From NCBI RefSeq assembly GCF_021028975.2, contig NC_059426.1, positions 146,258,001 to 146,322,000 on the forward strand: DNA of 64,000 nt, given 5' to 3'. How positions within the stretch are numbered: position 1 is the first letter of the stretch; each line of letters starts with the position of its first letter. Below, piece by piece: positions 10,801 through 21,424 of the stretch. The DNA comes from Sphaerodactylus townsendi (taxonomy: Eukaryota). A program made the position numbers and the translations under genes. A model generated the notes under the pieces. That model made no database searches, had not been told where the DNA came from, and saw only the letters and a program-made list of their open reading frames with translations.

Positions 10801-13319
10801 ATGTCCGGGCAACCTTAGTTCCAGTGGGGACTTTCGAGAAATAAAAGAAAATCAGTATTTTCCTCACAACTCACAGAAACTGCTCATATCCTCTTCCTAA
10901 ACCCAATCCTCTCCATTGATTTCACTAGCGATATGTTTTTCCAGATTCTAAATTCTGAAAAGTAAAAAGTGTTTTTAAAATGCAGGAATGCAGACTTCGG
11001 ATGCTGATATTGCTAGTCTGGTTGGAAGATGTAATTGCTCCATTAAGAAAAAAATTAGCAGATACTTGGCTAGGCAGCTACTTCCTCACTGCAGTTTTGC
11101 CTCGTGGAAATTACCACCCAGTCTTGCAGACACTAATATAGCTTCACTTCATGTCTGAAAGAGAAAATGTAACACTTTTTCTCAGCAATTGCCTTAGAAA
11201 CATTTTCCCCCTGCAGCTTCATAGCCGGCAATAAGCAGACTCCATTTGGAGCCAAGTCCATGGACGATTAAAAGAGCAAAGAGGTAGAAAGAATTTTAGG
11301 CTGAAATGCTTGAGCTGCAGGATTTTTCTCTTGCTTTCAAATGTAGCAAAGTTGTGGAGATGTTGCATACTGAAATTTGGTCCATATTCATTCTACAGAA
11401 GAGAGAAAGGGGCTCTACGTAGGAATTCATTCCAGATTTTTGCAGTGACTACAGAGACAGCAATACTAGCTGAGGAAAAACTGCAAGAACAAGAAATACA
11501 AAGTGAAGAGGGCACACAAAGAAATGGCATTGGAAAGTTATGGTCATCAGTAACTTTCTGCTGAGGGGTATGGAACTTCTCATGTCCTGGCCTGACCCTT
11601 AGCCTGAGAACTATGTTGCTTGCCAGGTGCAAAGATTAAAGATGTTGCAGACCAGATACCAAACCTGATCAAACCTACGGATCATTGAGCACTTGGGATG
11701 GCCAATGTGGGAACAAACATGAAGGTGAACACCAAGCATTAAGGCTGACTGTGAAGTTCTCCAGAGGAAGCTGAAGGGAATGGAGGCACAGCTGGTGTTC
11801 TCGTCGATCTTTCTCACCAGAAGAACAGGAATGTAATGGGAACAGGAGATAATGGAGGCAAACCACTGGCTGCATCAGTGGTGATGGAAGGAATGGTTTG
11901 AATTTTGCTAGGCTTTTTGGAAGATGGTTTACTACCATGCAAAGTACTTCACCTATCTAAATTGGGGAAGAATGTGATTGTAAGGAACTGGGAAGGGGGA
12001 ATTCATCAGGAGGGCTTTAAATGGACACCACAAAGAGAAGGGCAAGGCCTACATAGGGATTTCAATAAAGGATAGCAAACAGGAAGTAAGTGCATTGTCT
12101 GCACATGAGCAGATAATACTTTTTTATTTTGGGAGAAAGTTAACTCTCCATGTATTTTTAGGGATGTAAGATTTTCTGGAATCATGGGTAATCCCCCAAG
12201 TTTTCAAAAACATCTATGTAGAGTCAGTTTAGAGGCCCTGACCCATGGATTTAGATATCCACAAATGGGGGCCACACTTGAGAAACAGATAAAGGAATTA
12301 TTCCTTTATATATTACCAAGAGCTCTTCACAGAAAGGCAGGACATAAATGTTAACAATAACATAGATGATATTAGGGATGCAATCTCATGTTTATTTATT
12401 TGGATATAACCCCAGTTGAACTCAGTAGTACATTGTTCCAACTAAGCATGAAAGGAGCGGCTGCGACTTACCGCAGCCGCCATTGCTGGAGGGGAAGGGA
12501 AGCTGCCTCCTTCCCGGCCTCGCAAGCTCCAGAAGGCTCACAAGGCTTTGCCCTGCCACCCACACAAGCGCAGCAGGCAGCAGGGCAAGGGAAAATGACA
12601 TCAGGATTTCCCTGACATCATAGGGGGAGGTTGGGCCGGGCGGCCTATATAAGGCCTGGCCCGGCCTCTTACCCCCCCTCTCTGCTTAGCTGGATGAAAT
12701 TCATGGCATGAATTATGTATTACTTATTACAAGGCACTTTCTGTCTGTCACCTTTAATTGATATGGAAAGAAATGGCCCTTTACTAAATGCTAGAAATTG
12801 GATTAATGTAAAGTTGTGATCACGTCTGGTGTGTCCTGTTTTAGATGTAGTGGTGACATTTCAAGCCCACTGTGCATCTGTTTTCAATACAACTGCAAAC
12901 TGAGTGAAAGCCATACCAGCTAATTGTCTCACATTAGCAAAGCAAAGGAGGAAATGTTTCATTACTGAGATGTTAGCTGATGGTTGTGCATGTCTCTGGT
13001 TGAACAGCAGTGTATTTTTTTAAAATTCTGCAGCTTACATGGAAACTGTTAAAATTTAGCCAAGTACCCAAAACATTTTCTACCAAAGGCAGGTCAGCAG
13101 TTCTTGCAAATCAAAGGGGGCTCTGCCTGTAAAGAGGCCATAAACTTTCTCGGTGGTATAGACTTTCTTTTATAAAAATGGCATTATTCATCACCTCTGG
13201 AGTAGGGATTATTTCAATTTTTTCCATCCATACTATTGATTTTGCTTCTCTGTGTGTGTATTTTCTGTTTTCTCACACTGAAGAAACTGGACCCAAAGAC
13301 TGATCAATTCCACTACAAT

Positions 13320-14560
13320 TTTTGCAAGGTTTCCCCATGATATTCTTGCAAAAAAGCTAGTAAAATGTGGGCTAAACAGTGCTACTGTCAGTTGGATTTG
13401 TAATTGGTTGACTGACTGAACCCAAAGGGTGCTCAAAATGGCTTCCCTTTAACCTGGAGAGAAGTGACTAGTAGGGTGCCTCAGGGCTCTGTCCTGGTCC
13501 CAGTGCTATTCAATATTTTTATCAATGACTTGGATGATGGAATAGAGCCTGTGCTAATCAAATTTGCAGATGACACCAGTTAGGGGGGTGGGGTAGATAA
13601 TATCCCAGAGGGCAAGGTCAGAATTCAAAATGATATTGACAGATTAGAGAGCCGGGTCAAAAATAACAAAATGAATTCCAACAGGGAGAAATCTAAAGTA
13701 TTACACTTAGGTTGAAAAAATGAAATTTAAGACGGGTGATACTTGGCTTGACAACAGTACATGCGAAAGGGATCTGGGAGTCTTAATTGACCACAAGCGG
13801 AACATGAGTCAGCTGTGTGATCTTGCAACTAAGAAAGCCAATGTGATTTTGGGCTGCATTGATAGGAGTATAGTGTTCAGACCCAGCAAAGTAATAGTAT
13901 CACTCTATTCTGCATTGGTCAGACCTCACTTGGAATAGCGTGTCCATTTCAGGGTGCCACAGTTCAAGAAGGCTATTGACAAGCTAGAGCTGTGGTGGCG
14001 AACCGATGGCACTCCAGATGTTAATGGACTACAATTCCCATCAGCCCCGGCCAGCATGGCATACATGCTGTGGGGGCTGATGGGGAATTACTCCAGTCCA
14101 TTAACTTTATCTAGATACTCATCGGTTAACCTCCTACTGGCTGACAGCATAGTAAAAGGTCTGGAATCCATGCCCTGTGAGACAGACTTAGGGAGCGGAG
14201 TATGTTTAGTCTGGAGAAGAGAAGATTAAGTAGTGACATGATGTTTAAATATTTGAAGGGATATAATGTTGAAGAAGGAGCAAGCTTGTTTTCTAATACT
14301 CCAGAGATTAGGATAAGGAGCAATGGATTCAATGTACAGGAAAAGAGATTCCACCTAAACATTAGGAAGAACTTCCTAATGGTAAGGGTTGTTCGGCAGT
14401 GGAATACACTGCCTCAGAGGGTAAAAACCTTCTTTGGAGGTTTTAACATAGAGGCAAGAAGGCCATCTGTTGGGAGTGTTTTGATTGTGTGTTCCTGCTT
14501 GGCAGAGGGGTTGACTGGATGGTCCTTGTAGTCTCTTCCAATGCTATGATTCAATGAATT
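13320..14560 (+). mobile_element. 5'-truncated, degenerate CR1 LINE with a MITE fragment inserted at ~13990-14140
   Basis: [58 protein letters not shown] motifs; 3' end ctatgattc; multiple stops and frameshifts. Confidence 0.92.
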
Positions 14561-14827
14561 CCTGTGTAGTGCCATATTAGATTAGACAAATTGATTGACG
14601 AATGTAGAGCGATTGATGTTTATTACTATTATGGCTAGATGGTATCCCCGTGTTCAAGGGAAGTACATTTTGAGTGCTAGTTGCTGTGAGGGTACAACAA
14701 CAGAGACTTTTGCACCACTACCATGGGCTTTCTAGATCATTCATTTAGTCCATTTGGGAAACTGAATGCTGAACTTGATAGACCAGCAGGGCTCTTTTTT
14801 GTTCACGTATTCTTTGGGGCCACTAGT

Positions 14828-15309
14828 TGTTGGGGAATTGGTTCCCTATTTGGGTAATAAGCAGAGTGAGAGGAAAGACCAGGAGACTTTTGCTGTGATT
14901 ATAAAAAGAAACTTTACTTGACTAAATCAGGGTAGGGTATACATGGAATAAACATAACAAATCCTTACTATTCTAGTACAAACTTAGTTACAGAACTTAG
15001 GCACATGTGAGCCCACACGTGGCCTAGGCATTCCACCTCTTAAGGTGAATCCATCTTACAGGTAGCAAAGAAAAAGAACGTGTGAGTGTCTGTGAGTCTG
15101 TCTGTCTCTGTGTGTGTGAGACAAAGAAAACATAGTTAACTTTATAACCTCTGACCTACGTGCTCTGCCTCACATAAGCAATGTCGGATTAACTGCCCAA
15201 TGACTAATCAATGAATAGATAGCAAGACACTGACCTCACTAGCTAATTAACATGCACACAGTTAACCCCTTGTTGTCAGGATTGTGACAGACACTTGCAA
15301 ATCCTAACA
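14828..15309 (-). mobile_element. Solo LTR (482 bp, 5-bp TSD; Copia-like or other LTR class)
   Basis: TGTT...AACA termini; perfect TSD ctagt (14823-27/15310-14); minus-strand TATAAAA near 15140 and AGTAAA near 14915. Confidence 0.8.
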
Positions 15310-15925
15310 CTAGTACAGTCTGAGGAGCCAATATGGTGGAGCCTGCATAAATTAATGCTGGAATTTATAAGATGAAGCTTGAATGCATAACAGTGGTTCT
15401 TCTGCACAGCAGGTATGCTGCACAAAAACACATGAACAGGCCTGAAATTGGCAAGGAACAGCTATTGAGAACAATGTTGAAACTATACGTTACTAAGTAG
15501 TTTGATTAATACATGGTTATAATTTAACTAAATAATTATATAATTTTCAGCATCACAAAAATTATAACAAATAATCAAACAGTTTTAAAATCTCAGTTAC
15601 AAAACAGCATCCTTTGATACTAAATAAAATAGGTTTCAAGCAATCTCTTAATAGAAATGCAAAACCAAAACAAGTATTGTTATAAAACTGAACCGCTTGC
15701 AGCATGGGGGCACTGACCTTGTGGTTATCCAAGATCAGTTTGGTCCTAGACACAACAAAGTCAGGTTCAGTATAAGAACCTGAAGGGTATGGCATGTATT
15801 CAAATTAACCAAGTCTTAGTGAGTCATGCAGTCACCATGTTGTGGAAATCAAGGGAAACTAGGTCTAACTTGTGTGATGTAGGTAGCCAATGTAGCCCAC
15901 CAGCCATTTATGGCAGTCCCCCATG

Positions 15926-16148
15926 AAAGCCAGCCTAGTGTAGTAAGAATGGTAGATTATAAACTGGAGAACTAGGCTTGATTTCCCCTTCCTCCACATG
16001 AAGCCTGCAATGCGACCTTGGGCTATTCACAGTTCTCTTATAACTCTCTCAGTCCCATCTACCTCAGAAGATGCTTTTTATGGAGGGGTGGGGAAAGAGA
16101 ACGTATGCCACTTTGAGCTGTAAGGAGAGAGAAAGGGGGTATAAAAAC
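15926..16148 (+). mobile_element. tRNA-related squamate SINE
   Basis: agtgtagt..aaactggagaact..ttgatttcccc.tcctccacatgaagcc..gaccttggg core. Confidence 0.6.
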
Positions 16149-16759
16149 CAGCTCTGGGACTGCAGAACCAGGTGGTTGTCAAGCACAGTATTTTACCAGC
16201 ATGGCTAACATTTGGCTTGATTGTCCACAAGTTATATAGCTTAAATGAAAATAATCAAATGAGTAAGATGCCGGCTGTGGATGCATGGTGGAGTCATTTT
16301 TATTATCTAATACTTGATTCCGTACGTATGATATCAATCAAGAACCATCTATCCATCATGAGTATCATCCATCATACACATGGGGTTCCTTTCTCGGTTG
16401 GTTGATCTTTTGGAGATATCTGGACACCAAAGAAATGAACGCTAAGTTGAGTTACTTCTATCACAATCGAAAATATACAGCACCAAACATCAAATCATAA
16501 TGCAAAGGCATGCTGTCTGTGATGAATATATACTATTTTCTTTGGCTACAGGGAAGCAAGTGGCAAGTGACCATTGTTATATTAAACAAGCTGAGATATC
16601 TCCAGCATAAATAAACAACCAATTATAGGAATTGTCTGACAGGAAATCTGGCAACTTTATAACATACTTCCCAAATCCAGCTTTAATTATTTGGCAATCT
16701 CATCCTTTCTACACAGCCAGTCAGAGGTATCAAAAAGAAAATGAAGAATGTGAACCACA

Positions 16760-16855
16760 TGGGTGCTGTGTGGTTTCCGGGCTGTATGGCCGTGTTCTAG
16801 CAGCATTCTCTCCTGACGTTTCGCCTGCATCTGTGGCTGGCATCTTCAGAGGATC
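16760..16855 (-). mobile_element. Penelope-like element pseudo-LTR fragment
   Basis: Closely matches the 20911-21010 arm; contains hammerhead core; flanked by 13-bp duplication aatgtgaaccaca. Confidence 0.8.
16811..16853 (-). ncRNA. Minimal type I hammerhead ribozyme motif (PLE type)
   Basis: Minus strand UCCU-CUGAAGA-U-GCC..GGC-GAAA-CG-UC^AGGA: stem I UCCU/AGGA, conserved boxes, short palindromic helix III (ACGU), GUC cleavage triplet. Confidence 0.75.
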
Positions 16856-18728
16856 CTATAATTGGTTGTTTATTTATGCTGGAGATATCTCAGCTTGTTT
16901 AATATAACAATGGTCACTTGCCACTTGCTTCCCTGTAGCCAAAGAAAATGTGAACCACAGCTACTAAGGCTTTGAGTGTGTGAATTGGAGATATTTCTTT
17001 CTTTTTTTCTGTTTCTCTTATAATAACAGTACTGGGCATCCCTTGACAAAAATTATCAGTGCTCAGTTGAGAACAGAGACAAGGAAGCAATATTACTCAC
17101 CCATGCACTTAATTACCATAACCAGTGTTGATGATAGGCACTATCTGAGTTGGATGGCTTTTAGAAGGGATTAGGCAAATCAAAGGAAAATATTAACTCT
17201 TCGTTCATGAGTCCAGTGGTGGTATATCTCTGAATACCCAAGTGAAACTTATGTTTGGAAAGGGAACATGGTTTTCTGGTAGTGCCCATGCTCTGCAATG
17301 CAGAAGCTCCCTTATTCAATCTCCAGTTAGAGGATTCCACTTGGGAAATACCTTTTTTCTCCCTGAAACCTTGGAGTCAGAACAGAGAATGCTCAGTTAG
17401 GTATATAAATGGTCTGAATCACTCATTTGTGGAAATGGGAAGAAGATGGTTAATTCCTCTCTCCGCCCCCCACCCCACCCTGTGGCCCAGTTCAACAGAA
17501 TTGTATGAGAGGTTGTTCATCTTTCCTTAGATACAAGGACCTCCTGGAAAACAATGGCAAATCGTTTACTTATTCTACGCAGGGTATCGCATTCTAAACT
17601 GGTCAATCAGTTTTTATTCTTCCTTCATACACCTAGAAAATGTTAAATCAAAAGTGTTACTTCCAAATATCATTGAATGTCTTTGAGACCAGAAGTGAAG
17701 TACACAGATGTTTAAGTTCATTCATAGCCTAGATGACTTTCCTATATTGATTAAGCAGTACATTTCAAGCAGGTATATTATCTTAGGAAATAATCAGTAA
17801 ATTAACTGCAGGACATCAACCTTCTAGGAAGATTAATGATACATAATTTGCTTCTATGAAAGAAGCAAGCATCCAATAAATTAGAAAATGCACACTACAA
17901 TCAAGGCAAATTGTTAAATATCTCCACTACTCCCTTTATTGAGTGGTTGACAAATGGATTTTACATTCTTTCAGTCACATCAGAACTCTCTGTCACCCAC
18001 CCAACTACAAAACAGAAGTGAGCCACTTACCAATTGTGTATCCCCGAACAGAGTTACACCTTCCTAAGTTCATTGAAGTTAATGAGCTTAGGAATACTGT
18101 TAATGCATCATGCACATTCTATCCTCCCCTTATATCCATAGGAATTTGTATGGAGCTGTGTGTGTAGAAGAGACAGATAATTCAGTCTCTACATGTGAAC
18201 ATATACAAACATAAGAAACACATCTGGAGTCTGCCAGAATTCCATGTGCTTAACATCCTGAGACACATGCAAACGTATTACTTGATCTCTGTAATAATTA
18301 AAGACAGCTTGCTTGCAAGTGTGAATGAGCTACTGAAGATTTAATTCCACCAGCAGAAAACTTCAAGCCATCCTTATGGCCAAACTTGAGAACACACTGG
18401 GAGATCTACATTGAATCCCCTGCACAGTTTTGATCATCACACAATTATTAACCCTGGAATGGATAAACCAGAGAGGGGACCTGTCTTTTTCCTTCTGAGG
18501 ATAACAGCAGCCTTGGGAGGAAGAGTTTTTCTGATCAGCGAAACCATGGGACTTGAACTTTCTCCATCCCACCACCAAGACCTATTTCAAACTGAGGCCA
18601 TGGATGGCAGCTGCTGCATTTTCAAAACTGGAAAGAACTTGCTCTCATTTGCTAATATAACACTTTCCAGCAGCAACAGTTCACATATTTCATCTGAGAT
18701 CCAATAACCCAGACTAAAGAGCCATGGA

Positions 18729-18935
18729 AACTGTAATTAAAAGGCTCAAGTAATACATGATGTGACCGACCTTAGCCTGAGACCTTGTAGAGCAACTGAC
18801 TGATAGTGGCTTTACAAGGTCTCAGGCTAAGGTGTCACATCACTTATTACCTGAGCCTTTTAACTACAGTTAAAAAGTAGTAGACAATACAAGTCTTCAT
18901 GGACCAGTGGTCTGACTCAGTATAAAGCTGTTTCA
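18729..18935. repeat. Squam3-like SINE remnant with internal fold-back palindrome (18729-18871)
   Basis: ~68-bp inverted arms with 7-nt loop; downstream 'gtagacaatac..tggaccagtggtctgactcagtataa' resembles the SINE 3' part. Confidence 0.7.
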
Positions 18936-19186
18936 TGAGTCCAGGAGTATTCGATATATTATGCTTGGATCTGCTGCAGGATTTCTATGGATGGACAGGA
19001 TTTTGATCAGCAGAGCAGTTTCTTCCTTCTGCTTCAGAACAAAATGTCCCCCACTGAAATCCTTCTCTGGGGGAATCAGAGACCTCCCCCCGCCCCCCCA
19101 AAAAAGTATGAGGAAGAAGCTGGAACTATGCCCTGGGAAACAGGCATCAGCAAAAATAATACACACCATCTGCCAAAGGATCCAAG

Positions 19187-19379
19187 CAGAGGTGGGATCC
19201 AACCAGTTCTCACCACTTCTCTAGAAGTGGTTACTAATTTTTTCTGAGTGCCGAGAAGGGATTACCAAAGCAACCTCCCTGTCCAATAGGGACTGGAGGT
19301 GCGTGTGTGCAGCAGCGCCACTCTTTGAAACCCACCACCATCGGAATCTGTTATTAAATTTTGTTGGATCCCACCACTG
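19187..19379. mobile_element. hAT MITE (193 bp)
   Basis: TIR cagaggtgggatccaac/gttggatcccaccactg; 8-bp TSD gatccaag/aatccaag. Confidence 0.85.
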
Positions 19380-20960
19380 AATCCAAGCCATAGATAAATT
19401 AAAGTATTGTGTGTTGGTGTGAACCAGATATTAAAGTTTGAGCACACCAGATAAGATGCATCTTCCAAGAAAGAGCTTGAGGAAGGAGAGTCTGTGATTA
19501 ACTCCATGAAAAACAAAATCAACTACTGCCTATACAGAGACAATGAAAGCTAAAGAATTTCTGCATCTTCTAATCTTGGCAAATAATTAAGTCTCATAAT
19601 ATTGGTGCCAATATGATTAATGAAGAGGAAAAGACAATCTCTCTGGAACTGCTGTGCATTTCAAGACACAAGGGAACTTTAACCCTTTCAATCTAAAGAT
19701 GATTTATCTCATTTCAGTATTACAATAGCTCTCCTTTCTGCTGCTTAAAAATTGAATCTGGCCACTACTAATAATCTCCATTCTGCACCAGGGGCTCCAT
19801 CAGGGACATCCCAACTTTTGTTGTGGTTGTTGCCCTGAGAAAATGAAAATGTTCCTTCCCTTCTCTCTCTCCCCACCTCCAAGTCTGCATGCTGAGCAGT
19901 GTAGCAATTTTTCATTCAACAGTCACAAGTTGACTGGCATACTATTTTCATGCTGAAATTCCTGAAGTATCGTGCTCCACCATACTTAATTGGGGTTAAA
20001 TATTATCCCCAGATTCCTGGCTATTAGCACTATTATTTATTTATTTAAATTGAGATTTCTCACCCATTCTTTCCCAACCAAGTTGGGCTCATATGTTAGT
20101 TTCCTCATTTCACCTATACAACTAAAATGGAAGAAATGGATAGTGAGGGACAGTGAAGGAAGGAAAGAGAAGGAAGCTGTTCTCTTGCCACAACTGGGGC
20201 TGATACTTGGGTAGTGTAGTCAATGTACAAAATACAAAGTGCGGCCTTTAAAGCTGAACTGTTCCTGCTCTCTATTCTATATAGGGGCTTGAAGTGCTTC
20301 ACTCTTTTCATTCTTCCCATATTTAGATTCATACTATCAGGGAAGAAGCAAGTCTAGTGTCATTGGGTGGAATAGACTGTGTTAGTACAACCCTGAGGGT
20401 TCCCGATAATAACTGCGTCTCTCAAGTAAGATATATTAGGCAAAAATTGTTCTTTAAATCCTGGGACTAATGTGCCATAATCATTCAGTCCCATTTTACT
20501 TTCCTCTGCCTATTAAATTTTGAGATAAGAAAATTAAAAATTGCCTGGGTGGATCAGACCAGGAATCCTATTGCAATGTACTATCATTACCAGCAGTCAT
20601 TCATCTACTACTGAAAGCTTTCAGTTAGAGTTCCTTGAGGTAAACTCTCTCTAATCATGGAGTCTCCATTTGGCTTCTTGTAACAAATATAGGCCCTTTA
20701 TGCACAAATCCTGAAAATGTTTTTTTAAAATTTTCAGCCCCCCCCTTTACCACAATGCATGTCCACACTCACCCCCTCAAAATGATTCCTAGCCTCCATT
20801 TTGTTATTTTTTTCCCTTTTTTTGAGTTCATTAACAAATTGATGTTTTTGTGCTTCACAAATCCAGTGCGTAAGAAGGAAAACACAGGAAGGAATGACAT
20901 TCTTTTTGGGGGGTGTTGTGGGGTTTCCGAGCGGTATGGCCATGTTTCAGTAGCATTTTC

Positions 20961-21007
20961 TCCTGACGTTTCGCCTGCATCTGTGGCTAGCTGGCATCTT
21001 CAGAAGA
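20961..21007 (-). ncRNA. Minimal hammerhead motif, copy 2
   Basis: UCUU-CUGAAGA-UGCC..GGC-GAAA-CGUC^AGGA; stem I has one U.G pair. Confidence 0.65.
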
Positions 21008-21277
21008 TCTGATGGTAGTAAAACAAGTGGAGTATATATACCTGTGGAATGTCCAGGGTGGGAGAAAGAACCATTTGCATTGGTTAACAAGTGTAAATTA
21101 GCAAGTGTGATTTGCATGTGTTGAATGGAATCCACCCATTTTAGCATATGTAAGTAACAATGACGTTGCATAATAAATTAGGGCATCTTCATAGTAGTTG
21201 CCTGGTATTTTAATCCATTTGATTCTCCCATCCTGGATATTCCACAGGTATATATACACTACTTGTTTTACTACCAT

Positions 21278-21372
21278 AAGAACATAAGAACAAGCCAGCT
21301 GGATCAGACCAGAGTCCATCTCGTCCAGCACTCTGCTACTTGCAATGGCCCACCAAGTGCCTTTGGGAGCTC
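21278..21372 (-). mobile_element. Short CR1-3'-end-like retroposon nested in the PLE arm
   Basis: aagaacataagaa tail (minus TTCTTATG repeat); 5-bp duplication accat; same family as 44313-44469. Confidence 0.75.
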
Positions 21373-21381
21373 ACCATCAGA

Positions 21382-21424
21382 TCATCTGAAGATGCCAGCC
21401 ACCAATGCAGATGAAACATCCGGA
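21382..21424 (+). ncRNA. Degenerate hammerhead motif, copy 3
   Basis: CTGAAGA and GAAA boxes kept; stems I-III mutated (tcat..gaaacatccgga). Confidence 0.45.
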
